Shown here: positions 39,571 to 52,632 of the stretch, piece by piece
Layout of the letters: each line of letters starts with the position of its first letter
Numbering within the stretch: position 1 is the first letter of the stretch
Source: Octopus vulgaris
Lineage: Eukaryota
Assembly (NCBI GenBank): GCA_951406725.2
Contig: OX597835.1
Location: forward strand, 49,166,001 to 49,230,000
Direction: 5' to 3'
Length of the DNA: 64,000 nucleotides
The notes under the pieces: generated by a model
Told to the model about the DNA's origin: nothing
The model's input: the letters and a program-made list of their open reading frames with translations, nothing else
The model's database searches: none
Made by a program: the position numbers and the translations under genes

Positions 39571-39900
39571 GTCTAATCTTCAATTGAATGTGTTTGTACC
39601 CTCACCTCAATTGTGTCTGTGTTTGTACCCTCACCTCCACTTGACAACCGGTGTTGGTATGTTTACGACTTTGTAACCTAACGGCTCGGCAAATCGGAGC
39701 GATAGAATAAGCAGGAAGGCTTTAAAAAAAAACAAGTGTTGGGATCGATTTGTTGCACAAAAACCTTTCAAGACGGTGCTCCAGCATGGCCGCAGAGAAA
39801 TGAATGAAATAAGTAAGCAAGAAGCATGTAGAAGGTAAAAGATAGCTGCAAACGTGTGTGTGCATGTGTGCGCGTGTGTGTGTGTGTGTGTGTCTGTGTC

Positions 39901-39969
<69 letters not shown>

Positions 39970-40600
39970 TGTGTGTGTGTGCGCCTGTGTGTGTGCGTGC
40001 GCGCATATATCCGTTGTAGCGACTGAAGTCTCAAACTTGTAAATGAAACGAGGAGTCGCGGAACACTCGGCCAGTCCTGTCAGAGATAAAGAGGATGTCT
40101 GCTAAAAGCATTAACTCTTTTCTCTGTCATTTTGTTTTCCTTCTGCTGCAGACCCTCCCCCCCTCTTCCTGTCTAACAATCCATTTGTCCAAAACTCTTC
40201 CTCATTTCTTTTCGCCATTCCCTCCATCTCTTCATCCCTTTTATGCCATCCCTCCCTTTATCTCTCTCTCTCCTTCTCTTATCTGTTTGTTCTCTTCCTC
40301 CTGCTTATCATTCCTCATCTTCCTCATTTCTCTTCAGTCCTCCCACACTCTTTCACGGTTCGTGCACACGTCAAGTGCTACCTCGGTCGCGTTCTTCTGG
40401 CGAAGATTTTCTTCTTCTTCTTCTTCTTCTTCTTCTTCTTCTTCTTCTTCTTCTTCTTCTTCTTCTTCTTCTTCTTCTTCTTCTTCTTCTTTCTCATCCG
40501 TCCTGGAAGTGAGCTGGTCTCTCTCTACCCGACTGTTTATTCTGTTCTTCAGACCGTGTCAAACGAAGTCTGTCCTTCAAAATGAACGTGCCTTTGAAAA

Positions 40601-40691
<91 letters not shown>

Positions 40692-40710
40692 CTCTCTCTC
40701 TCTATCTATC

Positions 40711-40761
<51 letters not shown>

Positions 40762-41153
40762 CTATCTCTCACTCTCTCTCTCTCTTTCTCTGTCTCTCCC
40801 TATCTATCTCCTTCTGTCTCTCTACATACATGCATCATACACGCACACACGCACACACACACATATATATTATAATCATCATCATCATCATCATCATACA
40901 TATAGGTGTGTGTGGGTGTGTATCTTTTACCTTTTATTTGTTCTAGTCATTACATTGCGACCATGCTGGGGCACCGCTTTCTAGAATTTTTAGCCGAATG
41001 AATCGACCCCAGGTCTTATTTTTTCAGGCGTGCAACTTATAGTCTTGGGCTCTTTTCTCAAACCATTAGGTTACGGTGATGTAAAGACAGTCGTTAAGCG
41101 GTGGTGGAAGACAAAAACAGACAGTCACACACACACACGCACACACACACATA

Positions 41154-41370
41154 CGAAGGGGTGCTGAAAAGTTCTTGGCTTTGGGTAAAAGAAAATACTG
41201 GAGGATCAGTTAATTATGATTTCCTTCAACATATTCTCCTTTCAGTTTCACACACTTATTGCAGTGGTCCTTTAGTTTTTCCAAACCCTGTAAAAGAACT
41301 TGGAAAGTTGGGCCTCTAGCCAGACTTTTCACAATACCCTTAAAGCCATGCACTTTTCAGTACCCCCTCG
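41154..41370. mobile_element. Mariner-type MITE (217 bp)
   Basis: TA|CGAAGGGGTGCTGAAAAGTTCTTGGCTT ... AAAGCCATGCACTTTTCAGTACCCCCTCG|TA. Confidence 0.85.
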
Positions 41371-41391
41371 TATCGATCTATCGATCTATCT

Positions 41392-41765
41392 AGGCGCAGG
41401 AGTGACTGTGTGGTAAGTAGCTTGGTTACCAACCACATGGTTCCGGATTCAATCCCACTGCATGGCACCTTGGACAAATATCTTTTACTATCGCCTCGGG
41501 TCGACTAAAGCCTAGTGAATGGATTTAGTAAACGGAAACTGAAAGACGGCAGTCATATATATGTTTGTGTGTCTATGTTTGTTCCCCCACCATTACTTGA
41601 CAACTGGTGTTTACGTCTCCGCAATCTAGCGGTTCGGCAAAACAGACCGATAAAATAAGTACTAGGCTTACAAAGAATAAGGCCTGGGATCGATTTGCTC
41701 GACTAAAGGTGGTGCTCCAGCATGGCCACAGTCAAATGACTGAAACAAATAAAACAATAAGAGGA
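41392..41765 (+). mobile_element. SINE family A, full-length
   Basis: Head, body and tail match the 18454 copy. Confidence 0.88.
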
Positions 41766-41781
41766 AATAATATATATATAC

Positions 41782-41838
<57 letters not shown>

Positions 41839-41901
41839 CATATGTATATATATATGTATATATACATATGTATATATATATATATATATATATATGCATA
41901 C

Positions 41902-41940
<39 letters not shown>

Positions 41941-41943
<3 letters not shown>

Positions 41944-43385
41944 CCCTCCCATCCCACATACACGACACTAATCACGCTCTTCGCCTCTTCAATTCCTTTT
42001 CCTTCCCTCCCGGCCCCTCACACCTCTTCACCTATACACGGTGATTCCCCACAACGACGGTCTCTTAGCCTTCCAATACTTCATCGACCGTCGCGCTGAC
42101 CCCACACCCAGCACCCCCACCCTTCTCCGCTTGGCAGAGCTCTTCCCCACCCTCAACTGCTTTAAGTTCGCCGAGGAAACCTACCAATAGTTGTCTGGGG
42201 TCACGATGGGAACGAGAATGGGCCCCAATTTTGCCAACCTCTTTGGTCACATTGAGGCCCAAGCATTCTCTCAATTCTCCGGGCTGACCTCAGAGATGTA
42301 CGGTCGCTACATAGACAACTGTATAGGTGCCACCTCCCTCTCCCGTGAACAACTCTGCCACTTCATCTCTTTCCTCTTTAACTTCCACCCTTCTCTCCAA
42401 TTCACTTCTACTATCTCTAACACCTCCGTTAACTTCCTCGACATCTCTCTTACCATTGACCACCCCTACCACTCTCTCACCACCTCCGCATTCTTCAAAC
42501 TCACAGATTCCCACCTCTACCTCAACTTCTCCTCCTCTCATCCCTTCCACACCAAACGGGCCATCCCCTACACCCAGTTCCTCGGCCCCCGACGCTTGTG
42601 CAGCCGTGACCAGGATTTTGAGACTCAGTCCCTGTACCTGGCCCGCCTGTTCAGGCATCGAGGATACCCCTCAACCCTTGTCCAAAACGCCCTTGCCTGC
42701 GCTCGTCGAATCGATCGAACTACCACCCTTTCTCCTTCCCCTCACCAAACCCCTAACCGCACCCCTTTCCCCTCCTTTCCACCCCTCCACTTTACCCTTT
42801 CGTCGGAGGATACTACGGGCCTTCGGTCGTCTCCAGCTCGATCCCACCACCAGCCCCATTTTCCCCAACCCACCCTTTAAACGCGCCTGGAACCTACGCG
42901 ATCTTCTGGTCCGTAGCACCTTCTCCTCTCTCCCCCTCATCAGCCCCACATGGATCCTTCCCGTGCTCTACATCCCGCTGCAACACCTGCCCTTTCATCA
43001 ACACTACTTCTCTCACTGGTTCTAACCTGCAAACTGTTCACATTACAAATTCCTTCAGTTGCACTTCTAGCCTCATATACTGCATTAAATGCAACCTCTG
43101 TGGGAAACTATATGTAGGTCAGACGGGCCGCTGACTGGCCGACCGGTTCACCGGACATCTAAGGGGTGTTCGGCTAAGTTCGAACACTCCCGTCGCCCGT
43201 CACTTCCGCTGGGCCAACCATTCCCCCTCTAATATCGTCTTTGACCTCGCTCTACACCATGGATCCACACACTCAAGACCCCGCCTGGAACAGCCCTATA
43301 TCTTTAATTTACAGACAACTATCCCCACGGACTAAACACAACCCCCTCCTCCTAGTGATTGCCTCTACACCTCCCGCAACAAGCA
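41941..43385 (+). mobile_element. Penelope-like element (Neptune type): RT plus GIY-YIG endonuclease, 5'-truncated pseudogene
   Basis: [117 protein letters not shown]. Confidence 0.93.
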
Positions 43386-43879
43386 ACTTAATTTCTTTTC
43401 TTATTTTTCAATTTTACTTGTAATTGCGCCATTTATATTGCATTAACTTCCTTTCGACCTTAAATTTCTATATTTTATTGTTTTTATAATTTTTGTTTTT
43501 TTATTCTTTATAATTTATTGTTTTTATAAATAATTGTTTTTATTTCTATATACACCCACACATGCACACACATACGTACATATCCACGAACGCACATATA
43601 CCTCCCACACACACCACACACATACAACACACATACATGCACATATACACACACATGCTTCCACATACATACACACACGCATACACACATACACACACAC
43701 ATACACCCACGCGCATACACACATACACGTACACACACACACGTGCACAAACGTACACGCAAGGACAGAAATGCACAGATACCTATCCCACACAACCCCA
43801 CGCGCACACAGACACTCATACCTTTATACACACACACACTATACATAATCGAAATCAGTCATGCCTTCAATTCGTTTAG

Positions 43880-44700
43880 TGAGTGCCCTCTGGGGTGATT
43901 CAATCCTTGAGATGTTTTGTTTTGCATGGGAGAACACAAGGGGCAACAGTATTCGAGGTGTGGACGCACAAAGGAGAAAAGTGGAATGATGACACCTTGT
44001 TCTCTGGACCGGAAGGTTCTTAAGATCCAGGAGCTCATCTTACGAGCTTATTGTTCATGTAGGCACTCCAACTGAGATTGTTATCTACAATTACACCCAG
44101 GTGTCTGATATTATTAGATGCCGTGAGCATTTCCCCTGAAGGAAGAGAGTATGGCTGTTTTAGTATAGACTTTCTTCCAAAATGCATCAGCTCAAATTTT
44201 CCCTCGTTCAGTTGCATTTTGTTTATCTACCCATTGACTCACAGCATATAGATCAGACTGGAGTTGAGTTCGGTTTGCTTCTTCATTGATGATTTGCTTG
44301 GGCTTAGTGTCATCAGCAAATATTTTCACTTTGCAGTAATGGAAAGGTCGTTTATGTAAATTATAAAGAGTAGTGGGTCCTGGAGGACACCGCTGGTGAC
44401 TTTTGCTGAGCTTGAGTGGACTCCATCGACTACAACATGCTGTGTTCCATTCGCCAGGAAATACTTAATCCAGTGTAGAAGTTTTCCACGGATTCCAACA
44501 TTTGCCAATTTTGAGAGTAGGATATTATGGTCAACCTTATCGAACGCTTTACTGAAGTCAAGATATATGACATCAGAGTTCGAACCTGTTCCCAAGGCTT
44601 TAAGTATATCTTTAACGTGGTGTAAGGGCTGTGTTAGACAGTCCCTGCCACAGCGAAAGCCGTGCTGATTTGCATTTAGGAGTTTGTGGGTCTCTAGGAA
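43880..44700 (-). mobile_element. CR1-clade LINE RT core fragment
   Basis: NQHGFRCGRDCLTQ..DVIYLDFSKAFDKVDH..SGVLQ..PLLFIIYINDL..KIFADDTK..MQLNEGKFELMHFG..LGVIVDNNLSW. Confidence 0.92.
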
Positions 44701-44826
44701 GTCTACGACAGACATCTTACAGTTTCTGTCTACGAAATCTATTCACAAGGCTTTGGTCAGCCCGAGGCTATGGTAGAAGTAATTTGCCTAAGGTAGCTAC
44801 TTTTGCTATTTGGGATATGAGGGTAA

Positions 44827-44857
<31 letters not shown>

Positions 44858-45544
44858 GATGGCTGCTGCTGTATCATCTGCCAATCTTCGCAGATGGTCT
44901 AACATGGCTCACTTCCACATTTCCTGATGGATGTACGCTTGCGCCTGGTTCTTCTTTTCCTTCTTCTTCTTCTTCTTCTGATGATGGTGGTGGTGGTGGT
45001 GGTGGTGGTGGTGGTGGTGGTGTGACTCGTTAGAATGGTAACTATGGTGGCAGTACTGCTGCTGCTGGAGCTGTTGATGATGATAGGAATGGTGTCTGTC
45101 GATGGTTGAAGAGGCGGTGTTGATGTTGGTATTAGTGACAGCGATGATGATGATGATGACGACAATGATAATGGTGATGATGGTGATGGCTGTGGTGGTC
45201 GTGGTCGTGGTGGTGGCTGCACTGATGGTGACACCGACGATGAGGTTGTTAATCATCATCAGCATCATAATGGTGATCAACTTCGTTGTGAGGGTAGCGG
45301 TGGCTGTGTTGGTGGTGGCGGTGGTGGTGTGGGGTCGTGGTTTTAATTAATCTCCTTCAGGCTGACATCTAAATTACTTGACTGATCGGTCGGTTCACTA
45401 CGTTTGGCTCGGTTTTGCTTCTTCTTTTTGTTTGTTTGTTGTTATTTTTTTGACGGAGGTGAGAGGTTAACATTTTGTAAAGTACTTTGTTATCGTTGTA
45501 TATCTTTTTCTCTATTTTTAACTGAAAAACTGAAAATATACGCA

Positions 45545-45612
<68 letters not shown>

Positions 45613-46256
45613 GATATATATTCGACGGGTTTCTTTTAGTTTCCGTCTAGCAAATCCACTGACAAAGTGGGGCTAATGCAAAATCGCACCTCACATGGAA
45701 AAATACATTTTGGGGGAAAAAAATAAATTGGGGATTCCTACGTTTTAGATGTCGGATGTTACGAATATGCCAAAAAAATTTATTTCGATTTCACCTCCCA
45801 CCCTTTAAAATTTTGAATGTCTTCCTGGGGCTAAAAACAACAGTAACACCGTCCTCTATAGGGCAGCTACATTTAGGTGGCAAATATATTTTATGAATAA
45901 ACGGACAGGGATAAATAGACAGATAGATAAATAAATGGATGAAAAGATCAAACTTTAAAATTGGGGGTGAAATTTGAGCCCCTTATTTAACTTTACAACA
46001 TTAATGTTTGTTTCTCATAAAATGGTCTATAACTAATTTACACTTAATTATTAATTAAGGCAAACACAAATAAAACGCAGATTCTTTTCACTTGAATGTT
46101 TTTGTCTTTCTTTATTTTCGATTTGCTTTTTGCTCATCAATTCACTGCAATCTCTTTAAAGTAAGCAAAATTAAAATTTTAAATTGGGTTGAGGATTAAT
46201 TTTTTTTTTTTTTTTTGCACATTCGTAATCTCCAATATCTAAAACGTAGGAATCCA

Positions 46257-47400
46257 GGATCTTTTCGGTTTGGACGGCAGATTTTTCTAGCAGTGTCATA
46301 TGAAATTGTCACCCATAATTATGACCCTAGTATCGATCTATTGCATTTCAATCTATTTTAGGGTTAGGCTTAGAGTTAGGGTTAGTTAGAGTAAGTTAGG
46401 GTGAGTTAGGGTTAGGGTTAAGAGTGGGGTGGGGGAAGGTTATCTTTTTTTCTTCAGAAATGTAAATAAGCCCAATCTGTTTCTTAAACGAGGGACATAT
46501 TCATACGACACAAAATGTTTTCACCTCAACAGACGCAATTGATTGGTTGAAATTGCAGAAATTGAAGAAAAAGACAACAAATATCTTACAAACTATAGAA
46601 TTTTCTCAATAAAACCAAGAGAAAAAGATGTTTCATAAACACATTCTACCATGCCGTCTATTGCAAGCTGAGCCTATCCAGGTTTTGCCTGCCCGTGTTA
46701 GCTGTCTACCGGCCACCTCTTGCCGACCCCCAGGACGGTGCTCATTTACTCGAAGCGATAAGATTCGTTTCAGCTTCTCATGACTGTTTGATATTAGGAG
46801 ACTTCAACGCTCCCACGATCGATTGGCCCGCATCAATTTGTACATCATCTTCCCGGTTCGGCCAGGCCCTTCTTGACGTGGTTGAAGATTGTTTTCTATC
46901 GCAACATGTTGAATATTCGACAAGGCATCGGTCTGGGCAGCAGCCATCTATGCTGGATCTGGTATTCTCCCGCTATCCAAGATCAGTGTCAAGCTTATCT
47001 GTGTGCGCCCCTCTTGCCAAGAGTGATCATGCGGTCCTGAAGTTCGTCATGCACACAACTTTTTCTGCGCCCACGACTACTTCGCTGCCAAGTAGAGTCT
47101 TCTCTGCAATTAATCTTGAAATTCAAACCGAGGCTTCCGCGCTTCTGGACTGGCGATCCTTGATGACGATGTCCTCAGTTGACGACGACGACCACTTGGT
47201 TCAAAGTCTTCCTTGACCAGAAATGGCCTGAACACTTTGCATGAACACCACCCTGTACATTACTCCATGTCCCCCTACATGGCCTTGCTTTTTGCTTTTT
47301 GAGCCAAAAAATTAACTTAATTTAACAGTATACGAAGTTTAAAAGTGTTTAGTTACGTGGAAATTATTTTGAAAAACTGCCGTTCAAACCGAAAAGATCC
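46257..47400. mobile_element. TTAGGG-bearing MITE (GG...CC, 8-bp TSD; Merlin-like), interrupted by CR1
   Basis: TIRs GGATCTTTTCGGTTTGGACGGCAG / CTGCCGTTCAAACCGAAAAGATCC; TSD GGAATCCA/GGAATCCG; degenerate TTAGGG at 46359-46425. Confidence 0.88.
46652..47326 (+). mobile_element. Internally deleted CR1: APE endonuclease fragment fused to the 3' end
   Basis: AVYRPP..CLILGDFNAPTIDW..LSQHVEYSTR..LDLVF..PLAKSDH; from ~47180 the sequence matches the 3' end/UTR of the 13024-13826 CR1. Confidence 0.9.
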
Positions 47401-47512
47401 GGAATCCGAAAAAATTATTTTTTAAAAAATGCGTTTTTGAAGGAGGGGTGCGATTCTGCATTAGCCCCCTCCTACCCCCACCGATCCATCCACAAGGTTT
47501 TGGTCGGTCCGA

Positions 47513-48213
47513 GGACCTTTTCTGTTTGGATGTCACTTTTCAATTTCTTCAATTTTTGTTTCAATTAATTTCGCATTTGGAGTATTGATGTAGTTTTGTA
47601 AAGTAAACATTGACATGAGATTCATTTTCGCAATAAATCAATAAATAAAGTTTTAATAGCTTTTAAAGTTCACAAATTTTGGTAATTTTACCCAATCAAA
47701 GGCCAGACAATCAAAGGTGGTTGTTTCTATAGTAACAAGCCAACCTGTTACCAAAATGCTTACCACGTGTTCTTTTTGTCGTTCATTAAATGCTTAAAAC
47801 ACGTGCAGTATGAGACGTGCTAACAATAACTGCTAAGTAGGACTTAAATCAAGCGTGACATGTTTTTGTTGGTTAGGGTTGCATAATGGAATATATTCCC
47901 GTGTGTAGAATACAAATTCGCAAAAATTTTCCGAAATTTCTTTTTTAAAGCCACGTGATGTTATATGGCCGTGAAGCAGAATTCCGCCAATATTTCATTT
48001 CTTTAGAGTTGAAAAAACGTGCTGTCACGCACAAGACGACAGCTTCCAAATCCTGATCAAACTTTAAACCTTTGTAACTTTTTAAAAACTTTTCTGGGAA
48101 AAAGCAAAATATCTCCTGAGATTCAGCGCGGAAAACTACTTCAATACTCCAAATTTTAAAATTTTCAATAAACTTGAAAATTTCCACAAGTGGCAGCCAA
48201 TTAGACAAGATCC
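47513..48213. mobile_element. MITE with GG...CC ends and a perfect 8-bp TSD (Merlin-like)
   Basis: GGACCTTTTCTGTTTGGATGTCACTT / AAGTGGCAGCCAATTAGACAAGATCC; TSD CGGTCCGA at 47505-12 and 48214-21, within a SINE A. Confidence 0.88.
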
Positions 48214-48320
48214 CGGTCCGAGGATGCAGTAGATAACACTTGCCTAAGGTGGCATGCAGTCCGCCTTAAAAAAAAAACCTTGAAGCGTAGAGCGGATCAC
48301 CTTAAGCTAATAACTTAATA

Positions 48321-48917
48321 TCTATAAAGCTGAAATGCGAAAAATTTGTTTCATTTTGGGATTGGAACGAGTTGAGGGGCACTAGATGGGGTCGGATTCG
48401 CTCCGAAATTTACAGAGACATGTAAAAAGAGGCGAGGAAGTGAGTGGACTAAGTTAGAAACTTCTATCTCAAAAGCTGTGGTTACTAGGGCAACAAAACC
48501 CACACTTTAACAAGTGCTTGTCGTTTCTCACTTTCGCATATCACCCTCTCTTCCTCCATCTCTCTCTTTCCTTCCTTCCCTCCATTTTCTCTCTATAATG
48601 ACGTTTGACAGCTTCGCCGTCTTTCTACCACTCTTTATCCTACCAACTCTCTCACCGTACGTCTGTCTGTATCTATAGAGAGAAAGCGTTGACAGCCGCA
48701 AAAGTTTAAATATTCCCGTCACAGGTCTTTTAGAACGGTGAATTATTACCGCCCACCACCGCACAATCATAACAGATATTATTAATCAGATATTTATTGT
48801 GTTAATTTATATATATATGTGTGTGTGTGTAAATAAATATATATATATATATATATGTATGTGTGTTTGTGTAGACTTGTATATATAATGCATATATATG
48901 TACATATTTAATACGTA

Positions 48918-48955
<38 letters not shown>

Positions 48956-49192
48956 GTGTGCATATGTGGTCGGATTGAGCTGAAAATATACACACCTATG
49001 TTAAAAATGCTAGCGAGTTTGCATGGCAACTTTGAGTTTGCTCAATTGAAAGGAATGGCCTCTAGAGCAAAATTCCGCATCTTTTAAAACGTGGCCCGCG
49101 TAGACCCGAATGAAATCGGATTATAATATCGAAACAAGTAAAACAATAATAAACTATTTTAATCCCGAGCAAGGCCAGGTATATCTGTCTTA
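48321..49192 (+). mobile_element. Non-autonomous Helitron-like element
   Basis: A|TCTATAAAGCTG start; degenerate 3' hairpin CCCGAGCAAGGCCAGGT.. Confidence 0.5.
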
Positions 49193-49701
49193 TCGATAAA
49201 ATGAAGGTGAACGTTGATGCAACTTGGATTTTTATGTAAAAAGGAGTCTAAATGGGGCTGGAAGGAAATTAAAATTTACAGGAGAGGGTATCTTGAGGCG
49301 AGAAATTGATTGGGGGACGTTTTGGAGCGCTACAGTGGTTGCTTTGCTGTGAAAACGGGGATTTCATTGATTTTTGAGGACACTTGGGGGAGATGTCTAG
49401 ATTGGACACCTTTTTTCCGGTTTCAATCAAATTTTCAACATGGTAAAGTGGAAGCGGATTTGTAATTTAAGCACGGGAATCTAATTTTTTATAAATGGGA
49501 AAGAGATAGATAGAGAAAGATAGATAGTAAGAGAATGCGAGGGAGAGTCCGAAAGAAAGGAAGAGTAAGAGAGTGGGGAAAGTGGGAGAGAAAGGAGAGA
49601 GAAACAAAGAGGGAGAATGTGGCGATAAGAAACAGAAAGGAAGCAACAGAAAGTAACAACCACACCCACATTTGCGCGTAGAGCGGGTCACCTTAAGATA
49701 G

Positions 49702-50264
49702 TCTATATATATAAAAGAGGCTTTGGGTCAAAATTGTATGCACATTTTGATACGTCAGAGGTTGGCGGCCAGAACAGAGGTTGGCGGTCAGAGGTTGGCG
49801 GCCTTTTATTTTTTATTGTTTATATTTTTCATTTTTTCTGAAAGAAATTTACAGCTACATGTAGCCCATGTTTAGAGCTTTCATTTGCATTGTCAATCGT
49901 CGAAAAGTTCCCAAAATAAGTACTAAATTTAACAAAGAAATCATTTTTTTTCCTTATTTTTAATCGCTCAAATACTGGCACGTACAAAAGGCAAGTGTGC
50001 TTTCCGGTGTCACTTGCCTGATATTTATGATTGATCTTTCAAAATGTTTTCTTTTTCAACTTACTCAAGATCTTTTGTTTTTTATAAATGGGAAAGAGAT
50101 AGATAAAGATACAGAGTAAGAGAAAGCAAGGGAGAGTCCGAGAGAAAGGAAGAGTAAGAGTGTGGGAAAGTGAGAGAGAAACAAAGAGGGAGGATGTGGC
50201 GATAAGAAACAGAAAGGAACAACCACACCCTCACCCGCGCGTAGAGCGGGTCACCTTAAGCTAG
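49702..50264 (+). mobile_element. Non-autonomous Helitron
   Basis: 5' TCTATATATATAAAAG; 3' hairpin ACCCGC-GCGTAGA-GCGGGT then CACCTTAAG-CTAG|T; the same 3' end recurs at 49675-49701 and 48286-48310. Confidence 0.8.
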
Positions 50265-50304
50265 TCTCAATATAATAACAAACCCAGCTATATTAATAAT
50301 AATG

Positions 50305-50516
50305 ACTTCAAATTTTGGCAAAAGACCAGCTGGTTTGGAGGAGGGATAAGTCCATCAGATCGGCCTCGGTGCTCATCTGATACTTATTTTATCGACCCCG
50401 AAACAATAACAGGCAAAGTCGACTCCGGCGGAATTTGAACTCAGAATGTCAAGACGGACGAAATTCCACTAAGCATTTTTCCCGGCATGCTAACGATTCT
50501 GCCAGCCCGTCGCCTT
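50305..50516 (-). mobile_element. SINE family B
   Basis: AGGCAAAGTCGACTCCGGCGGAATTTGAACTCAGAA..CTGCCAGCCCGTCGCCTT. Confidence 0.85.
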
Positions 50517-51204
50517 AATAATAATAATAATAATGATAATAATATTTGTACATCAATCAAATTGGATAAGTTCAATAATAGAAAACTAATGTTTCAAATT
50601 AGTTCAAAGATATTTCTTCACTCGTTCGTGTTGGCGATGAAGTTTTTTCTGGAGGATGTTGAAAGCGTTTTCATTGCTATCCCCCACCCCATGCCACCAC
50701 CCAAAAGACGCACCTGCACAGCTTGCATCCCCTATGCCGACCCTTTGTCTAAATTATAAACTTGCGTTAAAATTTCGAGTTAGTTTTTGTTCCAAACACC
50801 AATGCAGTAACCAGTTATTTTACTAAACGTGCAACCACGAACGAAATGACCTATGGATTAAAGGCTAATCAACCACAAATGGATTAAAGGCTAATTAACC
50901 ACAAATCATATTTTTTCATTTTCTTTTATCTTGTTTCAGTCATTAGACTAAGGCCATTCTGGAGTACTGCTTTGAAGAATCAACATTCCGTTCTTATCTT
51001 TTTAAAGCCTGGTATTCATTCTGTCGGTCTTTCATACTGCTAAGTTGCGTGGATGTAAACACACCCGCAACGGTTGTATACTAGTAGACACTTGCCCAAG
51101 GTGCCACGAAGTGGGACAGAACTCGTAACCATGTGGATGGGAAGCAAACTTCTTACCACACAGCCACGCCTGCTATAATTAATGGGTGATGCCAGTCTGA
51201 ATGT

Positions 51205-51440
51205 GGAGGCGCATGGATCGATAGTTAGGGTGTCATAATCACAAGATTACGGTTTCGATTCCTGTACGGGGTGTGTGCTTTGTGTTCTTGAGCAAAACAC
51301 TTCATTTCGCGCCGCTCCAGTCCACTCAGCCGACAAAGTAAAAAATCATAAGCAGACGGACCAAGTGTGCCACCCAACTGGGGGAATTTAGACGCCACGA
51401 AATCCAAGGAACCAGCCTTGTGAGCGTATGGTTCGGGAAA
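51205..51440 (+). mobile_element. SINE family C (tRNA-type head, CORE-like)
   Basis: GGAGGCGCATGG..GGTTTCGATTCC (B box)..GTGTTCTTGAGCAAAACACTTCATTTC. Confidence 0.6.
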
Positions 51441-51788
51441 GAGCTAGAAGTCTTTGATCAGTGTGAATGCGTCCAAAAATGCGTGTATGTGTATGTGTGT
51501 GTGTGTGTACGTCCAATAGTGTGTTTCAGTTTGCGCGTGTGAATGTGTATGCGTATGTGGGTGCGAGTGTATGTGTCAGTACATGTGAAGGGTGAGGGGT
51601 GGGGGTCAGGGTTTGATTCAGTGTCATTGCAACAAGTACTGAGTTGGCAGACTTGGTTGAGTGTCAGATAAAGCCTCCCGAGTTCAATTCCCGTCGAAGT
51701 TAGTTTTGTTTATTTCATTATTTGGGGTTCGATAATTGTTAAAGCACCAATCCAATATTGATGTTGATTCTTCCCTGACGCTACAGAA

Positions 51789-52521
51789 CAGTGATTCTCA
51801 GTCATTTCAGTGAATTCTTTTGAGTCCTATTTTAATCAGAGCCATTCAACGTTTCAAAAATCGTATATTTTCATAATTGAATTTTATTAGGAATTATATA
51901 AAAAACAATTAACAAAATATTTTGTGTATTAAAGAAGTCTAACCAGTTTATCACTCATAAATTTTAATAACAAAATCGTATATGGACCCCTCGAGAGTCA
52001 AATGGACCCCGGTGGAGAGCACCAAGAAAGTTGAAGGCCCAAGGAAAAAAAATGAGTATTTGTGTGTGTATGTGTGTGCGCCCTCATGTACACATATGTG
52101 TAGAAAGCTGTTGGACTTGACCCCAATGAAGGAAATTAAGTTAGCTGCTATATCTAGCATAATAGTTATCAGCCAAGGTCCATATGACTCTTAGAAGTCA
52201 ATCTAAGGTTTTTGAGGACCTACGCGAGCAAAACAGGAAATTGGCGATCTATATCAATATTTTAAAGGTCCATCGAAAAATTTTACTTATTGCCAAAAAA
52301 CAGCAGGGTTTCTTTCTCTAACATATTTTCTGGTCATTGAAACACAATCTCTTAGATTGTTCTTTCGCAATCGTACCCAAGTAAATGTGTGAAGAACAAA
52401 ATAAGAATTTTGAATGCAATATCTATAAAACTAGTTTCAAAACACCGAATGATTATGGGGGTCCACCGGAATAAAATGGTAAACAAAGGAGTCCATAGGC
52501 AAAAATGGTTAAGAACCACTG
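51789..52521. mobile_element. Two degenerate hAT-like MITE remnants (51789-52024; ~52160-52521); related start at 55013
   Basis: CAGTGATTCTCA, GGTTAAGAACCACTG and CAGTGGTTTTCAA termini; GGACCCC/GGGGTCC subterminal motifs. Confidence 0.45.
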
Positions 52522-52632
52522 ATCCCGCGGGTCGACCAATTGCATTGAACAGCCATGGGCCAACTGCATCGCGCAGGACTTTCTGATTGGCACGCCCATT
52601 CAAGAAATACTTTGAATATTTCTGGTAGTGCG

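Larger units (their letters stand above)
45669..47468. mobile_element. Non-autonomous DNA transposon with ~110-bp TIRs (GGGGCTAATGCA...TGCATTAGCCCC), inserted in a SINE A and split by a nested MITE
   Basis: Left TIR GGGGCTAATGCAAAATCGCACC..GGATTCCTACGTTTTAGAT..TTACGAAT; right TIR reconstituted from 46210-46256 plus 47409-47468. Confidence 0.85.
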
